Source: Octopus vulgaris (lineage: Eukaryota). From it: 64,000 bases of DNA. The translations under genes were made by a program, and so were the position numbers. The stretch is from positions 118,420,001 to 118,484,000 of the forward strand of contig OX597818.1 in NCBI GenBank assembly GCA_951406725.2, read 5' to 3'. Positions 14,120 to 28,563 of this stretch are shown here, one piece after another; position 1 is the first letter of the stretch, and each line of letters opens with the position of its first letter. Under the pieces are notes generated by a model, which did not search any database, was not told the DNA's origin, and saw only the letters and a program-made list of their open reading frames with translations.

Positions 14120-14515
14120 CTTCTTTCAGTTAACCGATGTGGGCATTCTGGAGCTCCACTTTGACGCGTTTTAGACGAACAAATCGACCGCAGGCCCTAT
14201 TTTTTAAGATTGGTACTAATTCTGACAGTGTTTTTTTGCTGAATCGCTAAGTTACGGGGATGTGTACACACAAACATCGCTTGTCAAGCGGTGACGGGGG
14301 AAACAAACACAGTCAAAGACACAGAGCCAAAGATATTTACATATACGTATTCGACAGTCATTTTTCAGTTTCCTTCTACCAAATCCAGTCACAAGGCAAT
14401 GGCTGACCCGAATCTATAGTAGAAAAAACTTAACCTAGGTTCCACGCAGTGTGGTTGGACTTGGAACCATAAGGCTGGGAACAATCTTCTTACCACACAG
14501 CTACGTCTGCGCCTA
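14120..14515 (-). mobile_element. tRNA SINE of the family at 49657-50062 (diverged)
   Basis: Collinear with 49657-50062 (gctaagttacgggga, taccaaatcc, taccacacagc). Confidence 0.75.
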
Positions 14516-14524
14516 TATACATAC

Positions 14525-14815
14525 TTCAACAGGCCGTGCCCTTTTTAACATTGCTCCGAAAGAGATCAAAGAGGAAAATGATCCCATCACCTTTAAATGG
14601 AGTGTGGACAGATTTCTTCAAGGAATACCGGATAAGCCACCCATACTTGGATGCAACTACTCAACAAGAACTCACTACTTGGACGAACCATACACAAAAC
14701 TTGACTTAAAAAGGATTTAGATAATCCTATCACGTGGTGCTATTAAGTTAGACAAGATCTGAAACCAATCTTTGGTCGAAACATATCTAAGTTTATCTGA
14801 GTTTAAGTCTAAGTT
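14525..14815 (+). mobile_element. 3' end of CR1-like LINE
   Basis: GRALFNIAPKEIKEENDPITFKWSVDRFLQGIPDKP, homologous to 23418-23620. Ends in short ctaagttta-like tail repeats. Confidence 0.75.
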
Positions 14816-14892
14816 TATATATATATATATGTATGTATGTTTGTATGTATGTATGTTTGTATGTATGTATGTATGTATGTGTGTTTGTGTAT

Positions 14893-14949
<57 letters not shown>

Positions 14950-15319
14950 CGTATAGTAATAGAAATATATCTCTCCATATATAACCATTTAGGGTACAAG
15001 AAAATCATATGAAATAGGTCTGAAGTCAAAATTTAAATAATCCTTGCTCAAAATGAATATGTGAAACCATCCTTCATTATGTTATGCGATCAGAATGGCA
15101 GTTAATAAATCATGTTGACCAACGATTACATACTTGTTTAAGTGGAATGCTTTCCATTTATGTTCTTAATCTCTTCCCATTATTATTGCATGGTTTCTTC
15201 CTTGACAAGATGTTCTGTAATATGTCAAACTGATTGTTAGAGTTAATTACCTACACGACATACGCCGATAATTTGTTACTTGTAATACAATTACGTTGTC
15301 TACATAACTATTGTCGTTA

Positions 15320-15602
<283 letters not shown>

Positions 15603-15603
<1 letters not shown>

Positions 15604-16185
15604 ACCAGACAGTGGCTCTCATGGCTCCTGATCTTAACCGATTGGAAGATGCCCTGATGCAGTACCAGACATGGCTTTCATGGCTGCTGATCTTAACTAA
15701 TTAGAAGGGTCATCATGTAATTGTTTTGTCTTGGTATAAAAGATGGACTACAGCAAATATTCTGCTCAATACCACAGATTTGCTTGTCAGTTCCTTGACC
15801 TTAACCAGTTGACCATGTCCCTTAGTGGATGACGATATGTGCATCTCTGATCATGAACAGAAGTAGTGGGAGGGCATCGTAGCCGTGTGTTGAAAGGAAT
15901 GTTTGGTGGTTTGGATAATTCACCTTTTGAAACATAGGTGGTTCGTTCAACATCCTTAAACAGTCCTTATTCAGGGACCATTTGAGCGGGATGGGCTACT
16001 CGACCAGAAGAAAATTCTAACTGGACCCCACCTGCAAGGTGATATAAGATCACCATGTCGCGCACATATGGTTGTGATGCATGTGCCTGGTGTACCCTTA
16101 TCAGACGGGTAGGCATGATGGGTATAATGGGCTTCGTATATTTTACACCAGTGTCACTTTGATGTCATGCACTGCTCTCTCGCTC
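15603..16185 (+). mobile_element. About 550-bp (AAT)n-associated non-coding interspersed repeat, copy 1
   Basis: Collinear with 16259-16787 and 42856-43411, flanked by (AAT)n. The first ~45 nt are duplicated. Confidence 0.85.
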
Positions 16186-16258
<73 letters not shown>

Positions 16259-16787
16259 TGTCCTGATGCAGTACAAGGCAGTGGTTCTCATGGCTTCTTA
16301 TCTTAATTGATTGGAGGTGTTATCATTTGCCCTTTTTTGTTTTTGTTGAAAAGATGGGCTACAACAAATATTCTGCTCAATACCACAGATTTGCTTGTCA
16401 GTTGTTTGACCGTAACCAGTTGAGCATGTCCCTTAGTGGCTGACGATATGCGGATCTCTAACCACGAGCAGAGTAGTGGGGGAGAATCATAGCCATGTGT
16501 TGAGAGGGATTCTTGGGGGTTTGAATAATTCACCTTTGGAAACATGGGTCTTTAGTACAACATCCTTCAGCAACCCTTATTTAGGGACCTTTTAAGCGTG
16601 ATGGGCTACTCGACCTGAAGAAAATTCTAACTGGGCCCCACCTGCAATGTCATATGAGATCACTATGTCGTGCACATATGGGTGTGATGCATGTGCACTT
16701 ATTAGACGGGTAGTCCTGATGGGTACACTGGCCTTCCTATATTTTGCCCCAGCGTCCCTTTGATGGCATGCACTTTTTTCTCCCTCG
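16259..16787 (+). mobile_element. (AAT)n-associated repeat, copy 2 (tandem to copy 1)
   Basis: cctgatgcagtac...caaatattctgctcaataccacagatttgcttgtcagtt...ctttgatggcatgcac, between (AAT)n tracts. Confidence 0.85.
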
Positions 16788-16804
16788 ATAATAATAATAA
16801 TAAC

Positions 16805-16884
<80 letters not shown>

Positions 16885-16904
16885 TAATAATAAAAATAAT
16901 AATA

Positions 16905-17125
16905 TTCCGAACTGGAAAAGAAAAAGGCAAGACCGTATGGAATGCGAGAGGGTAATGTAAAAGTGATACTAGTAGTGATCGGAGCAAGATTGATGTCTTG
17001 CAAAAAGCAGCCTTATTGGGTTCAACGCACATCATAAAGAAAGATTGTTTCTGTTTGATATCTTTGTTGTGACTTGACAGATGACTAAAGAGTCCGGTGC
17101 ATTTTTACCTACGCTGTGTGACGAA
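16905..17125 (+). mobile_element. 3' fragment of R4/Dong-type RLE LINE
   Basis: VKVILVVIGA..IDVLQKAALLGSTHII matches the C-terminus of R4/Dong ORFs, and lies next to (AAT)n, the known Dong target. Confidence 0.65.
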
Positions 17126-17127
17126 GA

Positions 17128-17270
17128 AATGTTTGTTCCTTCTCGAGCCACACCTGGCTCATAAGGGCCGGTTTCTCGGTTTCCTTGGCGTATAGGTTTC
17201 CCAACTTGACGGGATGCCAGTAAGTCGCAGATGAACTCCAAGATGCAGGAGGAAAGAGTGAGAGAAAGTT
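17128..17270 (-). mobile_element. SINE 3' portion with V-domain-like segment
   Basis: Minus strand aactttctctcactctt linker followed by ctgcgacttactggcatcccgtcaag. Confidence 0.55.
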
Positions 17271-17417
17271 ACTTATAATTGATTTAAACCAGTGGCTAGC
17301 ATACTTGAAGATGCCAGATGACTATGAATTATATTAGATATATAAATATAAATAAGAGCAATAGCGATTTGGCGTCTTCTTCTAGCATATCACGAACCCA
17401 ACTTGTTGGCTATTCCA

Positions 17418-17482
<65 letters not shown>

Positions 17483-18624
17483 GTATGTATATTTGTATAC
17501 AGACATGCATATATGCTTATGTGTGTGCACCCGTTTGTAATTATATTGCATAGGTTTAATTTTATATGTAAATGCTTGTTCACAATTAATTAATATTCGT
17601 GCCCTTTATACAATAGACTGAATCAATAGCAAAGATACGTTATTGATATAAACTTATTATTATTATTGATTCTGTGTCTCAACTGCAAACACACGAATTG
17701 TCGACTTATAAGAATCCATATATCAAACACTTTGATTCACACGTGATATCAAGGAGAATATATTTCCTCATCTTATCACTTAAGAATATTTGACGCGTCC
17801 GTTTCACAATTTATTTTTCCTTTTCTGTCCAAGCATATTTTTTTTTTGCTTTGTGCGTTCAAGTATAAGCAAAATATTTCAGGCATATATAAATATACTT
17901 ATTTTAAATTATGTATAAGAATGCTTATAAGTTTTTTTTATATCGAAGCATATATGTGATATTTGCAGCCCCATTGGATAATTCTCTATACCAATTCGAA
18001 AATTCTATACAAGTGTGATAGTATGAATATGAGATCCAACTTGGAAGAAATCACTTCATATATCTTGGATGCCGTTCATTTATTAGAGTATTCATGAAAT
18101 AATCAGTCACAGCTACGATAACAAAATTCATATCAATTTTGTCTCTCCCCCTTCTTTATTTCCATTGGTGTATTAGTTCTAACCTCTATTATCACTTTAT
18201 CGATTCGTTCAGATACGTATATGTTCCCCAAAATACGACTACAAACTTATTAAACTAGTCGGTTTACACTCATACCAACGCAAACGCTATTACATATGCG
18301 GTGCGTGTGATTTTATGAGTACGTGTTCATATATGGAAAATGTCCACATATCAAAGGTTTTGTATAAGATATCTACGAAACATCGTAAAACATATTCCTA
18401 GTCGGTAATAAGTACGATTTTGACTCGAAAGTCAGTAATGGTTACGCGTATTTCATTCACGAATGTAGACACCAGGGTATGAAATGTGGAGCGGCACATA
18501 AAGCTAAATATGCGCCAAAACATCAACAGCATACAAACACACAAGTACACCCACAGAGACGCTCAAGTTTTGCAAGTGTTTGTAAAACTGCATATTTATG
18601 CATACACACACACACACATATATA

Positions 18625-19000
18625 AAATATTAGGGAGAATGACTCCAAACTTACAGGGGGAAATTCAATTTAGTATTAAATCAAATTTCACAATATAAAT
18701 ATATAAAATATAAATTAGAGATAAAACCATTATTATGCAAGTGAAACAGTGATAGACATAAACCAAAACATAAGCAACAAATATTATATATTCTTATAAA
18801 ACATATAGGTAGATCTCAAAAAGTATAAAAATGAATGATCAATATATAATAAGTAAAAATACTATGTACGTTTCATAACTACAATTAAATTCGAAATAAA
18901 ATTAAGTTTCAATTCAACTGAAATAAAGTCGATTTAAAATTATAGTCAATCTTCAGGTTAACGATAATAGTTAAATAAATAAGCAAATAGAGTTAAATCA
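18625..19000 (-). mobile_element. PLE pLTR-like remnant with long-stem-II hammerhead relic
   Basis: End homologous to 47335-47460. Minus strand 18862-18958 reads CTGAAGA-T-TGACTATAATT...AATTGTAGTTA-T-GAAACGTAC. Confidence 0.45.
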
Positions 19001-21467
19001 TTTCTCGTATACAAAAAACTCCATTAACTAAGTTTGAAAACTAAAATATTAGATTATTTCCTACAACACATTTATTATGTTAAATATTTAATATTTAAGG
19101 TAAAAAAAACAATAGATAGAAATATGTGTTTATCTCACCGGTAAAATTTCCAATTATTTCTTATTTTCATTTTCCTAAAATTTTTGTTGACTCTTGCAAC
19201 CTTTTTAATAGTCTTAACTCTCTTCTTCGCCTACAACAAATTCCTGAGCTGCTAAAGTCGTGCCTTAAAAACATTTTATTCCCATATGACCTCTGTTCAC
19301 TTTGAAAAATTAGGCATGAAAAAGAGAGTGAAGAATATTGAAAAGGTTGCAAGATGCAACGAAAAATTTTAGGAAAATAAAAATAAGAAATAAGTGGAAA
19401 TTTTACCGGTGAGTGTGTTAAATCATAAGCCACAAAAAGAAAATGACTCTCCCCAGAGATAACAAAATATGCTTCAACACACGAACTCATATAAAGAATC
19501 TTGCAAACCAAATCCAAAAAGAAAACTTAATATAATGGCTTGCAGGTTATTGCTTATTGCTTAGTCTATACCTTTAATTTGCTAACGACAGTAACATTCA
19601 GGAAGCTACTGGAGAGCTTTCAAGTTTTGTTATGGATGGTTTTAAACAATGTAAAAAACATTGTTACGTCGCTATCACTATATTTCTTCCTCGCAAAGTG
19701 TCATCCTTTTCTATAAGATTTTATAACGTTAGCAATTCCGATATAAATATCATTCTCTCTAGAAAATTCTTTCACTATTTTGAGAATTCGTTTTCGGCTC
19801 AGTGGAAAGCGTGACGTATAATTCAATAGACAATTGATCATGATGTGTTTAGTAGGAATTTCAACCGTGTTTCGTGGTCTGCTACCACAACAGCTCCTTT
19901 ATAGGATCCAGTTAGCCCAAGACATCATCAGGAGGAACTACGTCCGCTTTCGGCCCCTACTCCTCTACCGTTTTGAAATGGCGCCCCCCCCCCATTCGGA
20001 GGTGTCTTCAGCTCTGGTGTTTGGTGCATGTCTTCTTCTTTCTTCGGTTCTCTGGCCTCTTCGATGTAGCATCAACGAGTGTCAGATCATGATGTGCTAT
20101 CTATAATTAAACGAGATTATAACAATATTGTCGGCATAAAGTACTGCCTTACTCGACAACCAGTATTGAGGAAAGGAGTTGTTGATAGTTTTGCATATTA
20201 AGAAAATACAAAAAGTAGTATAAACGTTTTATAAAGGTAATCAGAATCACACTGTAAAAGAATAAGGTGGATATTCATCTTAGTATGAGGAATGCTTTAG
20301 TAAGTACCCTACAGCTTCCGACACACAGATGTATTCCCAGCCGGAAACTCAGATCATTAGTGTTAATTTCACAAAATTTGTAATCAACGACATATCATTC
20401 TTCACTAATTACGTTCTAATACACGTAAGCTATCACCTTATTATAGAATCATACTCATCAGTTTACTAAAAAAATATATATATATGGCTCTGGAATTGTA
20501 GTTTTCATAGAGCATTCAATTGTTATCAAGTTTTAATTATCTTAGCAATAAGATAGCTTGAGCTGGATTTAATTATCCAACTGCAATTATCATATTGCTA
20601 AGATACACAGAGCTGCATAAATACAATCATCGATTAAAGTCAGATTATCGTTGATAAATAATGTAGGTTAATCGCACTTTCACAAATTACGCACAAATGA
20701 GCCTACTTAGAAAACTACTTCACATTTTATTCCACCAGAGATACACACTATAGATTTTTAAAAACACGTTTTAACCATTTAGACCAATAATACTTGTTAA
20801 CCCGAACAATAATATAATAATGACTCACCTCCTTCTGTTATTTATTCAAGTAAATTACTTCTTCATGGCTAATTTCTGAAAGTGAACAGAGGTGATATGA
20901 GAATAAAATGGTGTTAAGGCACAATTTTGCCAGCTCAGGGATTTGTTTTTGTACGCGAAGAAAGGATTTCTTCAAGTTTTATGAAATATATTATTATTTT
21001 GAAGTAATCCTGTTCAGCTCTTTCTCTAATATTTCGATGTAGCTGAGATTGATATAGACCAGCAAGCACCGCTTATTTCGTAAATGTGCGTGGTACTTGA
21101 GAGACAACGATGTGAGTAAGCTATTAAATTTGAACAATGTATCCAGTTATCCATTTGGTCTCCCTCTTGTCAGTAATGATGGTAGGATGAGGTGGATGCT
21201 GTTCACTAGAGGTGTAGTTAGCAAGAGTTGATGTTAAGGGAGTTAAGATTATCTTGGTGTATCAAGCGAATGGTGTTAATGAAGACACATGGAGTGATAG
21301 AATTTACAACAAAAATGAAGAACAGCAATCTCATGTACACAACAGTTTGTGGAAAGGAAGATTAATAGCCACCTTCGCAGGTACTTGCAGATGTCTTCAA
21401 TAAGATGTCAAGTTATAATCCGATATTCATCATGTACCTCAGTAAGCAAACGACACGAAACCTACTC

Positions 21468-21600
21468 GGAGGAAAGAATACAGAGTGGTAGGAATACAGA
21501 GGGGGAGGAGTACAGAGAGTGAAGAATACAGAGAGGGAGGAATAGAGAGAGGGAGGAATACACGGAGAGAGGAAGGAATACACGGAGAGAGGAAGGAAGA
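21468..21600. repeat. Purine-rich degenerate minisatellite (16-20 bp units, gaggaaggaatacacgga-like)
   Basis: About 7 imperfect units read directly. Confidence 0.75.
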
Positions 21601-22224
21601 CAATGAATATTAAAAATTAATACAAAAGAAATAACAATTATAGTTTTCGTCGCTGCAAACACAGTGAGTGAAGCTAATGAAGACGAGGAAGAATTGTCTA
21701 ATTACACCAATCACTCTATTCGACATTTCCTTGATAATATAATTCCATACATTGACAACTCAATGCATAATGAAGTTAAACTATATTATCAAGATTTAGG
21801 TGTTTTTTCGGAAACACAATAAGCAATATCATCAAGAACTAAGCTTCTGTAATTTGACTTACTCCGTGAGTTGGGCTCTGCAGTAAATCTTAGGCTTACT
21901 CATGTTATTGATGATCCAGCTGCTGTTGACTGAATTCAACAAACATCATTCTACTCATTCTATTTTATGATGAAAATGTGACGTACGCTACAGGCGCATA
22001 ACATATATACAAAATTATAGTAACAATTTATCAACTTGACTTCTGCGGCGATGGCCCCAAATATAACCGTTAAATGAAACTATTCGTCAGCTACTACACG
22101 TAGATGAAATCAACGATATACATTTTCCCATTGCAATTCCTACACACTGTAAACTTCAAAATATATAATTTAATACAGCGTTCTACACAGAATTTCATAA
22201 TAAATATAAATTCGTCTTCGATGA

Positions 22225-23620
22225 TGCCCTTAAAGCCTTGGAATCTGGCTGGTTCAAAATCTGAAGTCATATATCTTGACTTCAGTAAAGCATTCGACAG
22301 AGTCGACTATAGCAATCTACTGTCAAAATTGTCAAATGATGGAATCCGTGGAAAACTATTAAACTGGGTTGAGTATTTCCTGGAGAATAGAACAAGACAT
22401 ATTGTGATCGGTGGAATCCACTCAAGCCCAGCAAAGACCACCAGAACTCTCTTGGGCCCGCTTCTCCTAATAGTTTATATAAACGACCTTTCCAGAGTCA
22501 TAAAATACAGTAACATGAAAATATTCGCCGATGATTCTAAGCTCTAGAAAATTATGAATGAATGAGAAGACCAAGTTGAATCCCTAGCTGATTTACATGG
22601 TGTGAGTCAATGGGCAGACAAAAACAAAATGCAACTAAACGAGGGAAAATTTGAGCCGATGCATTTTCGAAGGAAGTCTATGCTAAAACGGCCATACACT
22701 CTTCCTTCAGGGGCAGAGCATCTCATAATATCATAGACCTAGGAGAAATTGTTGAAAACAATCTTACCTGGAGTGTCCATATCAACAAAAGTGTCGATAT
22801 AGCTCGTAAAATGAGATCCTGGATCCTAAGAGACTTCCGGTTCAAAGAACAAGATGCCATCACTTCTCTTTTCTCTTCTTTTGTACAGCCACACCTCGAA
22901 TACTGCTGCCCCCTGTGGTCTCCCCATACAAAACAAAACATTTCGAAAATTGGATCATCTCAGATGTCATTCACTAAAAGCATTAATGGCATAACTGATC
23001 TCAATTATTGTGACCACCTTAAAACACTATTCTCTCCGGCGCCACAGTGAGCGATATATCATTTGTACAATGTAGAGAATATACAACCAGCATTACCCGA
23101 ACGACCTCAACATTAGTTTCAAAGTTCACCCAAGGCTAAGACAACAGGTCATACGGCCTCTGCCCAATTCAGGATCACAGCACTTAACTATATACTGCAA
23201 CACAATTTCTTTTCCTTGACAAGCCCTGTAGTATATCATCGGAGCATAAATTTACACACGTATATAAACCAGCTGTGACTGCAAAAGAATGACCTGAAAC
23301 TAAAAGAACAGAAACATGAGGACATAGGAAAGCAATGTACTAGTATGACGCTAGGAGAAAGAAGAAAGCAGTTGCTTTAAGTTTCGAGCATAGCTCGTCT
23401 TCGGATAGGAAAAAAGATCAAAGTTGAAGAGGATCCCAACACCTTTAAAAGGAACCTGGACAAATTTCTTGACGGAATACAACAAGAACTCCCTACTGGA
23501 ATGGAGCATGATGCCACAAAGCTAGAGTTAAAAAGGATGTAGCTAATCCTATCAGGTGGTGCTACTATGCTAGACATGGCCTGGATCAGTGTTTGGTCGA
23601 AACATATCCAAGTTATCTAC
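22225..23620 (+). mobile_element. 5'-truncated, degenerate CR1-clade LINE (RT and 3' end)
   Basis: IYLDFSKAFDRVD, LLGPLLLIVYINDL, FADDSKL, FVQPHLEYCCPLWSPH. Contains stops and frameshifts; interrupted at about 23232-23417. Confidence 0.9.
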
Positions 23621-23657
23621 GTTATATATAAACCTATAAATAAACACTCATATATAC

Positions 23658-23691
<34 letters not shown>

Positions 23692-23742
23692 CTTTATCTT
23701 TATCTAGTTTCAGCTCACGATCTGTGGCCATGCTGGGGCACC

Positions 23743-23796
<54 letters not shown>

Positions 23797-24410
23797 GCAA
23801 TTTTGTTACTGTCTATCATTCAAAGCAAATGGTATGTTTCCAGTATCGTATTTAAATGACATGTATGCATGTATCTGTATCGAATATGTGTGGTTTTCAA
23901 GAAAACTAACGAACGAAATTGAATTAGTGAGATAAAAGTAGGAAAGGAGGGTTATGCATTAAAATGAAAATAAATTATTAATTTTGAGATCAGTCGAATG
24001 TTAAATTTATAGTCATTTCAAAAAGTAAATAGATATGTGTCTGTGTATATACAAACGCACACATGCATATACCACAAGCATACACACACATGCACACACA
24101 AACACATGCACATAGGTAACACAAACACACACACACATCACAAACGCACACACACAGTTATCTCCACAGACACAGATGGTACCACTCACACAAAAACACC
24201 ACGCACACTTACACAGAAACACACACGCCACCACACATACACACGCTACCACACACACACACACACAGACGCTACCATACCATCTTCACACTCCCCATTC
24301 TCAGAAAGCACTCTTTCTTCATTCCTGCTAATTCCAGTCACTTCAGAAATGTAACCTCACGTGGTCTGTTGGCGATTGCTTCTTCCTTCTTCTTTTCCCT
24401 TGCACTTTCC

Positions 24411-24525
24411 TCTTTTTTCCTATCCGAAGACGAGCTATGCTCGAAACTTAAAGCAACTGCTTTCTTCTTTCTCCTAGCGTCATACTAATACATTGCTTTC
24501 CTACGTCTTCATGTTTCTGTTTTTT
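24411..24525 (+). mobile_element. pLTR-like fragment with degenerate HHR; inverted near-identical copy at 23305-23417
   Basis: CCGAAGA-C-GAGC tat GCTC-GAAAC; the reverse complement matches 23305-23417. Confidence 0.6.
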
Positions 24526-24605
24526 TTTTATTTTCCACTTTGTTTTTCTATAATTAAATACATACACACACACCCACGCCCACACACACACACATATAGA
24601 TACAG

Positions 24606-24637
<32 letters not shown>

Positions 24638-24655
24638 GTACAGTTATATATACAA

Positions 24656-24708
<53 letters not shown>

Positions 24709-24709
24709 C

Positions 24710-25028
24710 AGGTATGACCATGGGATTGCACCTAGAAAGTTACCTTCCTAGATACAAGTCCGGGCAAGGTTGTTTATGGAAGGCCAGCAGTCGCCCATGC
24801 ATACCAGCCTCCCCTCTCCACGCCACCAGTGTTATCCAAGGGAAAGACAAAGGTCGATACAGCTTGGCACCAGTGACGTCGCAACTCATTTCTACAGCTG
24901 AGTGAACTGGAGCAACGTGAAATAAAGTGCCTTGCTCGAGAACACAACACGCAGCCCGGTCTGGGATTCGAGCTCACAACCTCACGTACGTAAGCTCGAC
25001 GCTCTAACCACTGGGCCATGCGCCTTCA
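24710..25028 (-). mobile_element. tRNA/CORE-like SINE with alternative 3' tail
   Basis: Head ggcgcatggcccagtggttagagcg...gctcgaatcccagacc and the CORE-like segment as in 793-1115, but a different tail. Flanked by (TA)n. Confidence 0.8.
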
Positions 25029-25029
25029 C

Positions 25030-25122
<93 letters not shown>

Positions 25123-25409
25123 TAGATATATATATATATAGATAGATAGATAGATGGTACAAAGAGATATCATCATAAGAGTAAAGACATCTCATTACCC
25201 ACAAATGCACAATCTTAATAAGCAGACAAGGGAAGCAAACCTCCCTATGGTTGCAGACACAGCTATATCACCAGTGATTTCGAGTTTTGATGCTGAACAT
25301 CATAATTCTCATTGTAGAAAAACGCCAGTACCACTTGGTACCTTCTACCACTTTAGTGACGTTTATATATTTGCTAATAAACCACCCATATTATTCATAA
25401 ATATGTGTT

Positions 25410-25440
<31 letters not shown>

Positions 25441-25511
25441 TCATGCGAGTTAACATGGTATACTTTGACGACAATCTCAGCTTCAGTTGATTAAGGTAAC
25501 TTTTGCCCGAC

Positions 25512-26195
25512 GAGTGAGAGGAAGTTGTGGTGAAAGAGTACAGCGAGGTTCACCCCCCACTCCCGCCGGAGCTTCGTGGAGCTTGGGTGTTTTTGCTGAA
25601 TAAACGCTCACAATGCCTGGTCTGAGAATCGAAACCGCGTTCTTACAACCGCGAGTCCACTGCCCTAACCACTGGGCCATTGCGCCTCCACTGTGGTCGA
25701 TGTAATCAACTAGCCCCACCCGGACCTTACTTGTTTTGTGCCATAATTTAAAGCCAATATTAATATGAAACCGTGAAGGAGTCCAAATTCCGCCTAGGTA
25801 TATTTTACCTATTTCTTTACTACCCACAAGGGGCTAAACACTGAGAGGACAAACAAGGACAGACAAACGGATTAAGTCGATTATATCGACCCCAGTGCGT
25901 AACTGGTATTTATTTAAACCACCCCGAAAGGATGAAAGGCAAAGTCGATCTCGGCGGAATTTGAACATAGCGGCAAACAAAATACTGCGAAGCATTTCGC
26001 CCGGCGTGCTAACGTTTCTGCCAGCTCGCCGCCTTTTAAGAGTACAGTGGGGTTCACCACCCTACCCCGTTGGAGCCTCGTGAAGCTCATGTGTTTTTGC
26101 CCAATAAACACTCGCAAAGCCTGGTCTGGGAATCGAAACCGCGTTTTACGACCGCGAGTCCGCTGCCCTAAGCCCTGGGCCATTGCGCCTCCACT
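25512..26195 (-). mobile_element. SINE cluster: two tRNA heads (25512-25692, 26040-26193) around a Nin-type SINE (25805-26035)
   Basis: gtggaggcgcaatggcccag heads and the Nin domain. Flanks 25693-25810 and 26196-26313 are also duplicated. Confidence 0.8.
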
Positions 26196-27154
26196 CTGGT
26201 CGATATAATCGACTAAACCCACCTCGACCTTGCTTGTTTCGTGCCAAAATTTAAAGCCAATATTAATATGAAACCGTAGAGGAGTTCAAATACCGCCGAG
26301 TTTTATTTTACCTTTCTACCTCTCGATATTCATAAACGAAGTACCTGTTGAACACAGGTGTCGACGTAATCAACGTATCTCTACCTGGGATTGCCGGTCT
26401 GGTGCCAAAATTTGAAACCGATATTTCCTGTTAATATGTACCTTTGAAGGTTTACCATTGATCTCATAATAGATCACAAGTTCTGTGAGACAGGGGATTA
26501 GGCATATTCACGCATCCTTCTTCCTGTTTATATATTTAAGTAAATATTAGTGAAAATTCCATTGATATTTTAATTAGATATACGGTGATCCAAGTGAGCA
26601 GTTCTGTCGAGTATATGATATATGATGTGATTGTCAAACATTCTCAAGAAGAGCACAAAGCAAATATTGTAAGTTCTGTCAATAAAATCGAATATTGTTG
26701 GTTTCCTATAATAAACAGTTATAAGTTATTGAAATACTTTCCACTAACTGATGTTTAAAGGTAATGTATGTCTGTATACGACTATAGTGTAGCGCGCAAT
26801 GTAGTTAGGTTCACTTGTACCTTCGGTTACGGCGGATTCTTATCGTCTTATTTACATAGCTTAACGAGAGGTCAATATACATGAACCTCTAAATCTTTCT
26901 GTATCTGCTAGTGGTGAGTGGTTAATAAAATATATCTGGTTCTGTAAGGGAATGTAGTGAGCGCTTATAACTACTTAAGCGCTTAAAAACACACACAAGC
27001 ACACACGCACACACATTCATATCTGCATACACAACTATATCTATATGTAGTTATATACACATGCGTATATGTTAACAACATGTTCATTAAGAAGTTTGTA
27101 CATTTGAATTCATGTATACATATAAAGAGATATATTCAAACACGTGTTGAAGCA

Positions 27155-27530
27155 CTCCGTCGGTTACGACGACGAGGGTTCCGGTTGATCCGATCAACGG
27201 AACAGCCTGCTCGTGAAATTAACGTGTAAGTAGCTGAGCACTCCACAGACACGTGTACCCTTAACGTAGTTCTCGGGGATATTCAGCGTAACACAGAGAG
27301 TGACAAGGCCGGCCCTTTGAAATACAGGTACAACAGAAACAGGAAGTAAGAGTGAGAGAAAGTTGTGGTGAAAGAGTACAGCAGGGATCACCCCCCCCCC
27401 TGCCGGAGCCTCGTGGAGCTTTTAGGTGTTTTCGCTCAATAAACACTCACAACGCCCGGTCTGGGAATCGAAACCGCGATCCTACGACCGCGAGTCCGCT
27501 GCCCTACCCACTGGGCCATTGCGCCTCCAC
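27155..27530 (-). mobile_element. Full-length tRNA SINE
   Basis: Head gtggaggcgcaatggcccagtgg; tail shared with 793-1115. attcaaacacgt occurs on both sides (27134-27145 and 27531-27542), a probable TSD. Confidence 0.9.
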
Positions 27531-27754
27531 ATTCAAACACGTATACACAGTGGTACACAAGTTTCCTTTTTGAAGTAACTGTAATTTAGCATTCGACTGA
27601 TCTCAAAATTAATAATTTGTTCTCTTTTTCATACATATTTCTCATTCTCCATTTCCATTCCACATAAACGAGTTCACGCGTTACTTATAAAAACAGTGCT
27701 CCACAATGCGGCACACATGCCCAATATAATTTCAATACACTCATTCGTTTCTCA

Positions 27755-27895
27755 TTTCTTTATTGCCCACAAGGGGTTAAATATAGAGGGGACAAAGAAG
27801 GACAGACAAAGGGATTAAGTCGATTACAACGACCCCAGTTCTACTCTAGGCACAAGGACTGAAATTTTGGGGAAGGGGCAAGTCGGTTACATCCA
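27755..27895 (-). mobile_element. Nin-type SINE 3' fragment
   Basis: tttctttattgcccacaagggg...gattaagtcgattac, as at 63097. Confidence 0.75.
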
Positions 27896-28049
27896 GATTC
27901 AGTCTCACTGCGTAGCAATTCGGACAAATCTTTCCCACTATACCCCCGGGCCTACCAATGGAAATTGAAAGAAACCCGTTTTACTCACACACAAACATAC
28001 ACTATATACATATATATATAGAGATATATTTAATATTTTAGTCGGTTAT

Positions 28050-28266
28050 ATGTTTCAGTCGCTTCACAGCGGCCACGCTGGAGTACCGCCTTTAGTCGAA
28101 GAAATCGACTCCAAGAATTATTCTTTGTAAGCGTGGTACTATTTCTACTAATTTTTGCCGAAACCCTAGTTTCAGGGACATAAACACATCAAGTGATAGT
28201 GTGGGTGGGTAGGTGGGGGAAAACAGACAGAGACGTACACATATAAATACACAAGCACACACGTAC

Positions 28267-28304
<38 letters not shown>

Positions 28305-28532
28305 CGGTTTGTGTCTGGTTCTCCCCACCCACCCGCACAATCACTTGACAACCGGTGTTGGTGTGTTTATGTTCCTGAAACTTACATATGTATGCACACA
28401 CAGAGCACTTTCTTCATTTTCCATCTTTGCTAGGCCCGAGTCTATTGTAAAAGAAATTTACCGAAGGTGCCACGCAGACTGAACCCGGAACCGTGTGGTT
28501 TGGAAGCAAGTTCCTTACCACATCACCACGCC

Positions 28533-28563
<31 letters not shown>

